Shown in pieces: positions 11,243 to 21,974 of a stretch of 64,000 nt of DNA. A program made the position numbers and the translations under genes. Origin of the DNA: a bacterium (GTDB lineage Bacteria; SAR324; NAC60-12); NCBI GenBank assembly GCA_965205865.1, contig CBDBHR010000029.1, forward strand, positions 352,001-416,000, read 5' to 3'. Numbering within the stretch: position 1 is the first letter of the stretch; each line of letters starts with the position of its first letter. The notes under the pieces were generated by a model. It had not been told where the DNA came from and searched no databases. It saw only the letters and a list, made by a program, of their open reading frames with translations.

Positions 11243-12421
11243 ATGAAGAGATTCATTTTGATTTATTTATTTATTATATTTTCTCCGGCATTGTTGGCTC
11301 AAACACAAATCCCGGAAGGGCTGATCTTGTATGACATACCAGAAGCCACTGTTATTGTTGTGGACAAAGCGGAATGCAACATGAGTGTTTTTCAAAAACA
11401 GTCTTTCTGGGAAAAGATCGAGCAATATGAATGTACGACTGGGAAAACCGGAGGAGACAAACAACAGGAGGGGGATTTAAAAACTCCTACAGGCTTGTAC
11501 TTTTTTACGGATGCCTGGACGTCCCAGGATTTGGTCCGGCAATATGGCACTATTGCAAAAATTTATGGCACCGGCGCGTTCGAACTCAACTATCCCAATT
11601 ATCTGGATAAAGTCCTCTTCCGCAAAAATGGATATGGGATTTGGCTGCATGGAACAGATCAGGGGTTTCCTTCAGCAACTCGAGGTTGCATCTCAACCAC
11701 GAATACCGACCTTCTGAAAGCAGCAAATTATATCAATTTGCACGAAACTCCTTTGATCATTGAAGAATCAATTGCGTATGCGTCACCAATGGAAATTGAC
11801 AAAGTACGATGGGAATTGCTTGATTTCATCGAAAAATGGCGAGTGGCGTGGGAATCGGATCAATCAGATAGATATTTTTCATTTTATTCCAGAAATTTCA
11901 AAACAACTCAATTTGATTATTCCCGCTGGAAGCAATACAAACGCTGGACGAACAAAAAAAATCAAAATAAGCGGGTCTCCATCCATGATATTTCTATTTT
12001 GAAAGCCAAAGGGATATTCAATATTCAGTTTGTACAAAGTTATCATTCCTCAGGGACAAACGACGTGGGCCGGAAACGTCTGTATGTGGTGAAGGAGCAA
12101 GACCAGTTCCGTATCATCAGTGAAACCTGGGAAGCTTCGGAATCGTCTCCTTTTTTCCGGCAACAAGTCCACCAAAACCATGCCCTCAAGGAAATGACAG
12201 TAAAATTAAAAAAGGAAATGCTACAAAATGACTTTAGTGCCAGTCCCCTCGTCGGTAAACAGTTCGGCAATCACAGAATGAGGATCTGTACCGTTGATGA
12301 TATGAGCCGAGGAGACTCCTGCAGTAACACTGTTCAACACTGCCTCTGCCTTGGGTACCATGCCGCCTTGAATGAGTCCTTCTTTCAGCAAACGAAGTAC
12401 TTCATCGGTCCTGAGTTCTGA
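11243..12421 (+). CDS. L,D-transpeptidase (YkuD) with C-terminal NTF2-like domain
   Basis: Signal peptide MKRFILIYL, GDLKTPTG, catalytic GIWLHG...TRGC. Confidence 0.85.
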   Translation: MKRFILIYLFIIFSPALLAQTQIPEGLILYDIPEATVIVVDKAECNMSVFQKQSFWEKIEQYECTTGKTGGDKQQEGDLKTPTGLYFFTDAWTSQDLVRQYGTIAKIYGTGAFELNYPNYLDKVLFRKNGYGIWLHGTDQGFPSATRGCISTTNTDLLKAANYINLHETPLIIEESIAYASPMEIDKVRWELLDFIEKWRVAWESDQSDRYFSFYSRNFKTTQFDYSRWKQYKRWTNKKNQNKRVSIHDISILKAKGIFNIQFVQSYHSSGTNDVGRKRLYVVKEQDQFRIISETWEASESSPFFRQQVHQNHALKEMTVKLKKEMLQNDFSASPLVGKQFGNHRMRICTVDDMSRGDSCSNTVQHCLCLGYHAALNESFFQQTKYFIGPEF

Positions 12422-13078
12422 CAGCAACTGCTCTTTGACCATGATGCCTTTGACATCCGTCATAAAGATGATTTTATAGGCTTGCAAGGCAACCGCAATC
12501 GATGCGGCAACAGTGTCGGCGTTGAGGTTGTAAGTGATTCCTCCTTCTCCCAAGCCGATGGGAGAAATGACTGGTAAAAATCTTTCCTGCAACAGGACGT
12601 GCAAAAGTTCCGGGTTGGTCCGTTTGATGCTTCCAACATAACCCAGGTCCACTCCACTCTCATGTTCCTTCTTATAGGCTTCAATCAAGTGACCATCTTT
12701 GCCACTCAATCCCACAGCTTTTCCATCAAATGTATTGAGGTGGGCAATAATTTCTTTATTGATTGTTCCCGAAAGCACCATTTCCGCCACTTTGATATTT
12801 TCCGCACTAGTGACCCGCAAGCCATCAATGAATGACACTTTTTGCCCCAGTCGCTCCATGGCCCGACTGACTTCCTGTCCGCCACCATGAACAATGACGG
12901 GTTGCATTCCAAGGGATTGTAGCAAAACGATATCTTGGGCAAAATGTATTTTCAATTTCTCTTCAATCATGGCAGCGCCTCCATACTTGATCACGATGAT
13001 CTTGTCCTTGAACTTTTGAATGTAGGAAAGTGCTTCGATGAGAAGGTTTTTTCTCTCTTTATTGGCAATATTATGCAT
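12221..13078 (-). CDS. argB: Acetylglutamate kinase
   Basis: VIKYGG, IVHGGG, GLRVT, NLNADT, GGMVPK, ELFTDEGTGT. Confidence 0.95.
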   Translation of the reverse strand: MHNIANKERKNLLIEALSYIQKFKDKIIVIKYGGAAMIEEKLKIHFAQDIVLLQSLGMQPVIVHGGGQEVSRAMERLGQKVSFIDGLRVTSAENIKVAEMVLSGTINKEIIAHLNTFDGKAVGLSGKDGHLIEAYKKEHESGVDLGYVGSIKRTNPELLHVLLQERFLPVISPIGLGEGGITYNLNADTVAASIAVALQAYKIIFMTDVKGIMVKEQLLSELRTDEVLRLLKEGLIQGGMVPKAEAVLNSVTAGVSSAHIINGTDPHSVIAELFTDEGTGTKVIL

Positions 13079-14822
13079 GATGGACGTTCGTTTTCACTTT
13101 ATTACTGCGAGAGGAAGCGAGATTGAGCATTCGGAATCGGAACTGACAATTTTCGAATGAGATTTCGTCTCCTTCTTTCAGGAATCGCTGTTCTACTCGT
13201 CGGCGATTGACAAAGGTTCCTTCCTGATTGCTCAAGCTGACCAGTTTGTATTGTGTACCAACTCTCATTATTTTGGCATGTCTGAGCGCAATTTGAGAAC
13301 TGTTCAGGACAATATTGTTTGTTTTTGAGCGGCCAATAAAAGTAATATTTTTAACCAGATAATACTCCTGGCGCATACCCATGTTGATCAATGTTCCGAT
13401 CTTCTTGCGGATAGGTCCCAGAGGTTTGTCAAAATAAACAGGAACTGGATCTTGTATATCCAGTTCCGTTGCTGGTTTTGGAGGTTCGATATGATTCAAA
13501 AAAATTAAAGTCATTTCTCCAATATCCAGAATGTCTCCATGCCGCAATAAAGTTCTCCTTACCCGCCGCCGGTTGATCAACAAAGCATTTTTATAATTTT
13601 TATCTTCCAAAAAATAGCTGTTTTGCTCTGCTATTAAGAATACCTTTTCCAAATTGGCCGATAAACGCAATTTCCCTTTTGTTCGAATGGATGAAAGAAA
13701 ATCTAATGCGTATGAGTTCTCCTCGAGTGGAATAAACTGGAAATTCTCCCCCGGCGTCAAGATTTGGAAACCAATTTGCTTCGATAAAACGGCAGAACTA
13801 CGATTCTTCAGCCATATTCTGCCAAATCCGGCGAAAAGGATTCCCCCCATACATACAAGCCCCCAAAGAGGCAAAGGCGTTTGGGAGTGAAGCGAGATAG
13901 AAACTGTATCTGCTTGATGACCGATGCTCTCTACTCCGTGTTTCGCAATAAACTTGATTTCAATATCATGAGGAATGTTTCCCAGCGCGTTCAATTGATA
14001 TGTCAGCAAATATTCTTGAAGGATTTTTTCTCTGATTTGCTGCAACACGGAAGGCAACTGTAGCGACGAGTCCATTTGATAGATTTCGCTTCCTGTCTGA
14101 CTGACCAGCCTTTTCAGCCATGGAGGGACTACTCCCGTGACAATCGAAATCAGTGTAATCTGGTGGTTGAGGAAGAATTGAGTCATTTCCTTTTCCAAAG
14201 CGGGCGATCCATTCCAGGAAGCAAAATCAGAAGATTGCAGGATAAGCCATTGCCGTTTACCCCGTTGCTGAAACAATGCGGATTGTCCTGTAATGAGCTC
14301 AGAGATAGGTATCTTTTTAGCTGGATCGAGTTTCAAATTTTGAAGGAGCGTTTCGAATTTTTCTTTTGACCCCACTGCCTGCGGATTTTGTCCGGATCCA
14401 TTGAAATGAAGGAATATTTCGTCACTTCCTTGCTTTTGTAAAATGAATTGACGTAAGGCATTCTGAATTGTTTCCAAATCTTGGGAAGCAGCGGGTAGTC
14501 GCATATCCACCAGAAAGGAAATCCGTTGTTCCATCCTTTGAAACTGGTAGCCAAAACCTGAATACAGATAAGGTTCATTATTTATATTAAAAGTGACATT
14601 GTCCCCCGACAAATTGGCAATATGTTGTTTATTTTCATCTGAAACTTCCAGAAAAATAGATCGTTCTCCTCCCAAAGAAGCCAAATGAGAATCTATCATA
14701 TTGATTTGAATTCGCCATTTGCTCGCCTCTATTGAGACGGCAAAAGCGAATATTCCAATACATGTCCAAAATGCTCGTAAAAAAAGAGGACGGATTTGAA
14801 AAAAAGTGACAAGTGGAATCAT
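13071..14822 (-). CDS. Membrane-anchored protein with an N-terminal exported domain and two FHA-like domains
   Basis: Central TM segment. C-terminal IGRSKTNNIVL...HAKI...GTFVN FHA signature plus a degenerate second FHA. Confidence 0.7.
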   Translation of the reverse strand: MIPLVTFFQIRPLFLRAFWTCIGIFAFAVSIEASKWRIQINMIDSHLASLGGERSIFLEVSDENKQHIANLSGDNVTFNINNEPYLYSGFGYQFQRMEQRISFLVDMRLPAASQDLETIQNALRQFILQKQGSDEIFLHFNGSGQNPQAVGSKEKFETLLQNLKLDPAKKIPISELITGQSALFQQRGKRQWLILQSSDFASWNGSPALEKEMTQFFLNHQITLISIVTGVVPPWLKRLVSQTGSEIYQMDSSLQLPSVLQQIREKILQEYLLTYQLNALGNIPHDIEIKFIAKHGVESIGHQADTVSISLHSQTPLPLWGLVCMGGILFAGFGRIWLKNRSSAVLSKQIGFQILTPGENFQFIPLEENSYALDFLSSIRTKGKLRLSANLEKVFLIAEQNSYFLEDKNYKNALLINRRRVRRTLLRHGDILDIGEMTLIFLNHIEPPKPATELDIQDPVPVYFDKPLGPIRKKIGTLINMGMRQEYYLVKNITFIGRSKTNNIVLNSSQIALRHAKIMRVGTQYKLVSLSNQEGTFVNRRRVEQRFLKEGDEISFENCQFRFRMLNLASSRSNKVKTNVHHA

Positions 14823-15679
14823 GAGACCTCACAAAATTGAAGCAATGCGGACCCGAGTTTTATGATATCGCCATTTTTCATATTTTGTTGTTCAACAAAA
14901 CGATAATTGACAAAGACTTTTCCCCCCGGAGAGACATTGATGATCTGATAATTTGGATTATTTTTGATGATATGCGCATGGGTGTCACAGACTTCTGTAT
15001 AGCCTCTCAAGATGATATCGTTATGAGATTGATATCCCATTGAATATTTGTCTTTATCCATAAAATGAATTTTTCCTTTACTCTTACCCGTCAACACCCG
15101 CAAATAGGCTTTTGAAGAGTAGACCTCGAAGACAACAATCGATAATGACAAGATCATTCCCCAAACGACGAGGCCAAGCAAGCTGCTCATTGTGGCAGTT
15201 TGTGACAGTTGATAGGATTCAAAAAACAATCCCCCCAACAATCCTCCCCCAATCGCTCCCACTATCTGGGAAAAACTTTTCTTTGATGAGGGGGTCGCAA
15301 AATTTATTAACAAGCTCAACCAAAACCCCAAAAGCATCCAACTGATCACCCTCACCAAGGATAAAGGAACGAAGATTGGCAATGCCAGCAAACTCTGCCC
15401 CATCATAAACCCCAAAAAACCACTTGCTAATCCCACGCAGACTCCAATGGGAATACTTGTCCGAAGAGCAAAGAAATTGTCAAAAAGAAGGTCCTCTTTG
15501 GATTTAAAAAAAATTCCCATCCCGGCTCCGATGACGATTCCTTCATAGATAAATGGATCGAGCAAAGGAAAAGGACCAAGTATCTGTTGTCCATATAAAT
15601 ACGCCTGAAGTAACGACCAGCTGAGAAGCCCACCTATTCCTCCAATCGACGCTATTTGAATCACTCGTATTGTTCTCAT
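14819..15679 (-). CDS. Multi-pass membrane protein with C-terminal FHA domain
   Basis: Gly-rich TM helices followed by MGYQSHNDIIL...HAHI...VFVN...GDIIKLG. Confidence 0.75.
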   Translation of the reverse strand: MRTIRVIQIASIGGIGGLLSWSLLQAYLYGQQILGPFPLLDPFIYEGIVIGAGMGIFFKSKEDLLFDNFFALRTSIPIGVCVGLASGFLGFMMGQSLLALPIFVPLSLVRVISWMLLGFWLSLLINFATPSSKKSFSQIVGAIGGGLLGGLFFESYQLSQTATMSSLLGLVVWGMILSLSIVVFEVYSSKAYLRVLTGKSKGKIHFMDKDKYSMGYQSHNDIILRGYTEVCDTHAHIIKNNPNYQIINVSPGGKVFVNYRFVEQQNMKNGDIIKLGSALLQFCEVS

Positions 15680-16273
15680 GGTTTCAATGTCAGCAGTGAG
15701 TTTGTACGAAAGCTTTCTCTGGCCAGTGTCTTTTATAGAAAGGGTTCCCAATACTGATAGCATTGGGATGAACAAGACACTGTCAGATTTTCCTGGAATG
15801 GACAGAATCCTTTCAGGAGATTCGCAATGCGTCTACAAAAAATAAATGCTGGAGAAGCAATTCTCTTCTGGCGTGCAATAAAGAAGGCAGGTCCTCGTAC
15901 TCAGAGGCAGAGAAAGAAACTTTTAATATGATCAACACATTAAAATGAGGCCGGATCTCTTGATTTTGAGATTATTCTATCAATTTTTCAGAAAATCATG
16001 GATCGCTGCTCATATCCGGATCTTTTTACTGAGGTTACATGAGCGTCAATTTTTTAAGCGATATTCAATGCATTCTCAATCAGATTGTCAGTAATGTATT
16101 TTTTGCAAAGAGTAAAAAATTTTCAGCATTTCTGCTAGTTCCCACAACTCGATATTTTTTGGTAACCTTGTCTACTCCGTGTTTGTCTTTCTCTATGCCT
16201 TTTTTGTGAATCACTTCATTTTAGCGTGTTTTTATATTTTACCCAAAGTCCGGAGATTCTCAAGTGAAAGATT

Positions 16274-17788
16274 TTATCTGAAATCTTTCCCCAATTTTTT
16301 TGCTCGCCGTCGTATGAAAGTTGGAATGTCAAGATCGCTGGTAAAATCATGGCGATGCCGCTTGCGCCATGCCCAATCTGGAAATCTAGGGCTCTCCTCC
16401 ACATCGACAGTCGGGGTTTTTGCAGCAATCTTCTCAACTTCAGACTGTGATTCTTTGGAAGATGAGTCCTCGTTGATTTCTTTCGACAGAGAAGCGACGT
16501 TTTTTTTAGTTGCCAAAGTTCGCCCGCCAGAATTCGAATCGGGTGTGGAGGGAAAAAGGTTTTTCGCATTTTGCGGGGCATTTTCCGAGTTTTTCAAGTA
16601 TTGCGGAGTCCTCATCTCATCGCTTTCAGTCGCAACTTTTGGATACCCAGAGTCTATTTTCTTTAATTTATCTTTTCTTGATTTTCCTTCTTTCGTCGAT
16701 TGTTCTGCAGCATATACTGTCTCTTCCTGTTTTTTTGACAGCGAATTGGACAAAGGCGGATCCATGCTCTTATAAGGTGAAACAGAGACTGTCTGTTGTG
16801 CCATTTCAGAAGAAATTTCTTCTTTTCCAAATCCGGTTGCAATCACCGTTATTTGGATTTGTTCCCCTTGATCCGGATGAATCGATGCGCCCCAAATAAT
16901 CGTTGCTTCTTCATCGGCTTGCCCCTGGATAAAGGATGCGGCTTCATTGACTTCATGAAGCGTCAAGGAATTTCCGCCGACTATATTTACTAAAACTCCC
17001 CAGGAACCTGTAATTTCGCAGTCGTTCAAAAGAGGACTACTAATGGCTCTTTTTGCTGCGGCAATAGCCCGATTGTCTCCAGTCGCGGCTCCTATTCCCA
17101 TCACGGCTTTGCCTCCATTTTGCATCACCGTTTTCACATCCGCAAAATCGAGATTGATGATTCCCTCATTGGTGATCAAGTCCGAAATCCCCTGGATGGC
17201 TTGCCTCAATACATCGTCTGCCAAATTGAATGCTTCAACCATTGATGTCCGCTGGGTGACCATTTCCAATAAATTTTCATTGGGAATCACAATCAGCGTG
17301 TCCACATGGTCTTTCAATTCCTGCACACCCTGATCTGCATTTTTCCGACGCTGCATTCCTTCAAACTTAAAAGGCAAGGTCACCACGCCGACCGTCAACG
17401 TGTCGGCTTCCCTGGCAATCTGTGCCACAATTGGCGCCCCTCCAGTACCTGTACCGCCTCCCATTCCGGCAGTGATAAAAACCATATCAGCCCCAGATAC
17501 GAATTCTCGAATCAAATCGGCATTCTCAATAGCAGCTTCCCGCCCTACATTGGGTTTCGCTCCCGCACCCAGGCCTTTTGTACAATTGATTCCCAGTTGC
17601 AGCTTGTAGGTTGCCGCAGAATTTCTCAAATCTTGCAGATCTGTATTTGCCGCAATAAATTCTACTACCTGCGCGTCCATCATGGTGACCATGCGGTTGA
17701 TTGCATTGCCCCCTCCACCACCTATTCCAATCACCTTGATGATGGGAGTGTCTAATTGAGACTGCTTGATATCAGAAAATCCTAACAT
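16274..17788 (-). CDS. ftsZ: Cell division protein FtsZ (long linker)
   Basis: GGGGGNA, GMGGGTGTG, NLDFADV, C-terminal LDIPTFIRR. Confidence 0.97.
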   Translation of the reverse strand: MLGFSDIKQSQLDTPIIKVIGIGGGGGNAINRMVTMMDAQVVEFIAANTDLQDLRNSAATYKLQLGINCTKGLGAGAKPNVGREAAIENADLIREFVSGADMVFITAGMGGGTGTGGAPIVAQIAREADTLTVGVVTLPFKFEGMQRRKNADQGVQELKDHVDTLIVIPNENLLEMVTQRTSMVEAFNLADDVLRQAIQGISDLITNEGIINLDFADVKTVMQNGGKAVMGIGAATGDNRAIAAAKRAISSPLLNDCEITGSWGVLVNIVGGNSLTLHEVNEAASFIQGQADEEATIIWGASIHPDQGEQIQITVIATGFGKEEISSEMAQQTVSVSPYKSMDPPLSNSLSKKQEETVYAAEQSTKEGKSRKDKLKKIDSGYPKVATESDEMRTPQYLKNSENAPQNAKNLFPSTPDSNSGGRTLATKKNVASLSKEINEDSSSKESQSEVEKIAAKTPTVDVEESPRFPDWAWRKRHRHDFTSDLDIPTFIRRRAKKLGKDFR

Positions 17789-17809
17789 AAGCCACCTTTA
17801 CGGTTTGAA

Positions 17810-19048
17810 CTAAAAAAATTCATGCAACCAATCTTTCATACGGCGAGAAACTTTATGAAAAACATTGGTTTCATCTCCTGAAAATTGGAGTTTGCTCTGG
17901 CTATTGATCCCATACCTGACCAAGCCAACGCTCGTTGCAAACTTGGGAGAATAGATCAACTCCTGGATTCCCGAAATGTTTTCAGGGAAGCCAACTCGCA
18001 CCGGGATGTTTAATACCTCCGAGGCCAATTCATCCGAACCCGGCATAATACAAGTTCCGCCGGTCACTACAAGTCCTGAGGCAATAACATTGCGGTACTG
18101 AGATTTTTCAATTTCAGTTGCAATGAATTCGAAGATTTCACGGAAACGATCCTCGATGATTTCTGCCAATACTTGTTTGCGGATATTCCGGTTCCGCCGA
18201 CCTCCTACCCCTGAGACTTGAATCATCTCGTCTTTTTCGACCATCGAGACCATTGCGACACCATGATTGTGCTTAATCTCCTCAGCTTCTGCCAAAGGCG
18301 TACTCAGTCCAATTGCGACGTCTTTCGTCAGATGATCGCCGCCCAATGCTAATACTGCGGTGTGAACAATGCTTCCTTCCGAATAAATCGTAATGTCTGT
18401 TGTTCCCCCGCCAATATCCACCAGTACCACCCCCACTTCCTGCTCGTCCGAACTCAAAACAGCTTGGCTGGAAGCAAGAGGTTCCAGCACGATATCTTCG
18501 ACATCTAAGCCTGCCTGGTTGCAACATTTAATGATATTTTGCGCAGAGGTCACAGAGCCTGTGACAATATGGACGTTCACTTCAAGACGGGTTCCTGACA
18601 TGCCAAGCGGATTTTGCACGCCATCTTGATCATCGACAAGGAATTCTTGAGGAAGGATATGCAGAACTTCTCGATCATTCGGAATGAGGACTTGAGCTGC
18701 ATCAATCACCCGTCGGATGTCTTCTTCGGAAACCACACGGTTGCGATAAACCGTCACCATGCCATGGCTATTGGTTCCTTTAATATGGTGACCAGCAATG
18801 CCTGCGTAGACAGAATTGATGGGTTGTCCACACATCAATTCGCATTCTTCTACGGCTTTTTTGATCGACTGAACGGTTTTTTCGATATTGACAACAACTC
18901 CTTTGCGTAATCCTTCTGATTTGGAAGTTCCCACTCCCACAATGTTGAGGATTTCACCAGGGTCTGTTTCGGCAGCAATAGCACAAATTTTTGTTGTGCC
19001 AATATCTAAGCCAACAATTATATTAGTATTTTTGTGTCGTGGTGGCAT
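17810..19048 (-). CDS. ftsA: Cell division protein FtsA
   Basis: GLDIGTTKI, LVDIGGGTT, amphipathic tail MKDWLHEFF. Confidence 0.97.
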   Translation of the reverse strand: MPPRHKNTNIIVGLDIGTTKICAIAAETDPGEILNIVGVGTSKSEGLRKGVVVNIEKTVQSIKKAVEECELMCGQPINSVYAGIAGHHIKGTNSHGMVTVYRNRVVSEEDIRRVIDAAQVLIPNDREVLHILPQEFLVDDQDGVQNPLGMSGTRLEVNVHIVTGSVTSAQNIIKCCNQAGLDVEDIVLEPLASSQAVLSSDEQEVGVVLVDIGGGTTDITIYSEGSIVHTAVLALGGDHLTKDVAIGLSTPLAEAEEIKHNHGVAMVSMVEKDEMIQVSGVGGRRNRNIRKQVLAEIIEDRFREIFEFIATEIEKSQYRNVIASGLVVTGGTCIMPGSDELASEVLNIPVRVGFPENISGIQELIYSPKFATSVGLVRYGINSQSKLQFSGDETNVFHKVSRRMKDWLHEFF

Positions 19049-19329
19049 CCATGCACCTCACCAGATTTTCAGGTGGAAAACCGCTCAACTACCTTATTTT
19101 TCTCCGGAGAAGTCCTCCTTTTGTGGAAGACATGACCCGCACCATAATCTCTTTTAAACTATTTGTCAATAATGACATCTGATTGATTATTTCAATATCC
19201 TCATGAGGGACTTTTTTTTCGACAAACCCTATCCTTTTCGTGGAACTTGATTTGCATAGAATTTAATCGATATTTCGGACGGCTTTTTAGAGATATAGAA
19301 AAATAAAACTCGATTAGATCAAAAATTTC

Positions 19330-20718
19330 TCAGTGAAACAATTTTCGAACTTTTTTCAAATTGAGAGAAGTACACACCACAATAACTCGATCACCATTCT
19401 GGATTTGTGTTTTTCCAACTGCAACTTCCCATTGATTTCTGCGAAAGACCCCACCAATCAGAATACTTCCATTCTCCAGTAAAGAATGCAATTTATAAAG
19501 AGGTTTACGTGTAATGGGAGAATCATGGGCTGCCACCAGTTCAATCACTTCGGCATCGACGCCATGCAAATGGGCGACTGCTAATAATTCACTACGACGG
19601 ATGAATTTGAGAATTTCATTGGCGGCAGAAATTTTGGCGTTCAACGCGATATCCAGTCCTATGGTGGATGCCAGGACTAAGTAATCTTCCTTATTGACCA
19701 GAGCAATGGTTTTTCCTCGACTCCCTTTCGGATCTCGATGCTGTTTGTTGATCAAATGCTTGGCCAGCAAGCAGCTGATAATATTTGTTTCGTTGTCCCC
19801 GGTGGTGGCAATGAAGGTTTCCATATCCAAGAGACCTGCTAGCGCCAGGGCATTGGCATCGGTACCATCTCCATGTAAAACGGTGGTACTGGACAAAGTG
19901 GTCGCCAATTCCTGGGCACGTTTGGCATTTTTTTCAATCAATTTGATTTGAACCGTTCTCTCGAGCAAGTTAGCAATCCGGGAGCCGATCAAACCTCCTC
20001 CCAAAATCATCAAATTTTGAATATTTTGCTGACTTATTCCCATCAAATTCATTAGTTTGGGAATGTCTTCACTACGAGCAAGGATAAAAATCTGATCCAA
20101 GGGTAAGACTACATGTTTTCCCCCTGGGATAATCGTGGTGATTCCACGTCCGATCGCAACCACGCGGAAAGGAAATTCATTGTAAATTTTTGCGATTTCC
20201 ATCAATTGCCTGTGCGCGAGGGGCGATCTTTCTGCCACGCGTATCGCCAGCACTTTCATCTGATTCCCACCGATCTCAATGACATCGTTGGCAGCTGTAC
20301 GCTGGATCAATCGTGCAATTTCCTGGGCCACCAGTTCCTCAGGATTGACCATCAAATCAATGCATAAATCCTTTTTTCCTAAAAGTTCTCCCGTCTCCCC
20401 AAAATCGAGAGAGCGGTTTCGTACTATTTTATATTTGACCCCAAAACGATCGGCAATCAAAGCGGCAATCATGTTCACTGCGTCGTCGTTGGTCGTTGCA
20501 ATCACCAGATCCATTTTTTCAACTTGTGCCTTTTTCCAAGAAGCGGTTTCCATAGCATTCCCCTCGATGGTTCTGACATCAAGGTTTTCGGCAGTGACTC
20601 GGACGAGATCTCGATCGGACTCTACAATCGTCACGGCATATCCTTCATGAGTCAATCGTTTGGCGATATGGTAACCAACCCCGCCTGCGCCTAAAATCAG
20701 GATATTTTGAATGGCCAT
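19330..20718 (-). CDS. trkA: Trk potassium uptake NAD-binding subunit
   Basis: Two RCK units, ILGAGGVG and ILGGGLIG, 462 aa. Confidence 0.92.
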   Translation of the reverse strand: MAIQNILILGAGGVGYHIAKRLTHEGYAVTIVESDRDLVRVTAENLDVRTIEGNAMETASWKKAQVEKMDLVIATTNDDAVNMIAALIADRFGVKYKIVRNRSLDFGETGELLGKKDLCIDLMVNPEELVAQEIARLIQRTAANDVIEIGGNQMKVLAIRVAERSPLAHRQLMEIAKIYNEFPFRVVAIGRGITTIIPGGKHVVLPLDQIFILARSEDIPKLMNLMGISQQNIQNLMILGGGLIGSRIANLLERTVQIKLIEKNAKRAQELATTLSSTTVLHGDGTDANALALAGLLDMETFIATTGDNETNIISCLLAKHLINKQHRDPKGSRGKTIALVNKEDYLVLASTIGLDIALNAKISAANEILKFIRRSELLAVAHLHGVDAEVIELVAAHDSPITRKPLYKLHSLLENGSILIGGVFRRNQWEVAVGKTQIQNGDRVIVVCTSLNLKKVRKLFH

Positions 20719-20743
20719 AATGAGATAGAAATGACGGGTAATA

Positions 20744-21964
20744 TTATATCAATTCATATTGAAAAAATCGTGCATTGAAGCGTTGTGGATTTTTAGAGGA
20801 GATATCCACTTCATACCAATTCCCTGCCATGGAAACACTTATTTTTCCATAAACAACTTCAGGATCATTTTTATATTCCAAACATTGAACGATGGCATTA
20901 GCAATCCATTTTTCAATCTTCAATACCACCGTTTTTTTTCGTAAACGACCCTGGTCATCCCTATTCAAGATATTGGGAATGGTATTGGTTGTGATGAACT
21001 GATTCAAATAGGGGGAGTTGAGACTCTCACGCCCTTCTGCGGAAATATAGGTATGGGTGCAATAAAAGAAAATATTTTCAGGCCTTGATTTTTTGCTTTC
21101 GACCAGCAAATCAATGCTAGCGGCAATGGTTCCCCCAGTACGAACCATGTCATCCAAAATAAACACATCACGACCTTTCAACAATTCCACGTCATCGGAT
21201 ATGTTTAATTCCACATTCCTCTGCCCGTAACGTACTTTGTCCACATTGACCAAAACAGAATTTTTCAACCCTGTGTATTCACGCACCCGGCTAACAAATT
21301 CCACTGCTCCGCTGTCGGGAGCAACAAAAGCTACGTTGGCCCCTCCGTCTTCCAGACGCGCCATTCCCGAACGTAAAATATAATTGGCAACAATATGGGA
21401 GATATCCAAATTGATGAAAGAAGGCTGGCTCGGGTGATTTTGACAGACATCTTGATAGATCTTGGCCATCACATGTGGTTTATGATTGTGGACAGTCAAA
21501 ACGAGATCCACTCCTGATTGACGCAAAAGCTTTGCATAAAGGCGAGCGGTCCAAGGCTGACCAATGAATTTTTTACGGGATTCAAAGTCGGTGATCTGCG
21601 GATGTTCCAGAGTTCGAGGTCCCCGATCTTGGGCGGAATAAAACAAATCCGGTTCAATTAATGCGACAAAATCGGCACCGTTTTCCTTAGCTGCCGAGGC
21701 CAACAAAAAATTACGCAGCGCCAACTCATTGCGTGATGAATGCGCAGAGGTTGTGGAAACAATATAAACGGATTTTCCCGCCAACCCATGTCCCATATTT
21801 TTTTCGTTGGGTTCATCCAATAAATAGCGAGGACAAAACTCACTGTTGGCAAAACTCCTTAAAGATACCAAGTCCTGGATATCGATCTCTTGTTGTTTGC
21901 CATATGCCACCCCAATTGCAAAGGAGGCATCACTGACATTTGAAATTATGATACTTTCGCTCAT
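20744..21964 (-). CDS. prs: Divergent ribose-phosphate pyrophosphokinase
   Basis: FANSE, YSAQDR, VAPDSGAV, PRPP-binding loop ILDDMVRTGGT. Confidence 0.75.
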   Translation of the reverse strand: MSESIIISNVSDASFAIGVAYGKQQEIDIQDLVSLRSFANSEFCPRYLLDEPNEKNMGHGLAGKSVYIVSTTSAHSSRNELALRNFLLASAAKENGADFVALIEPDLFYSAQDRGPRTLEHPQITDFESRKKFIGQPWTARLYAKLLRQSGVDLVLTVHNHKPHVMAKIYQDVCQNHPSQPSFINLDISHIVANYILRSGMARLEDGGANVAFVAPDSGAVEFVSRVREYTGLKNSVLVNVDKVRYGQRNVELNISDDVELLKGRDVFILDDMVRTGGTIAASIDLLVESKKSRPENIFFYCTHTYISAEGRESLNSPYLNQFITTNTIPNILNRDDQGRLRKKTVVLKIEKWIANAIVQCLEYKNDPEVVYGKISVSMAGNWYEVDISSKNPQRFNARFFQYELI

Positions 21965-21974
21965 CCGGACCTGA

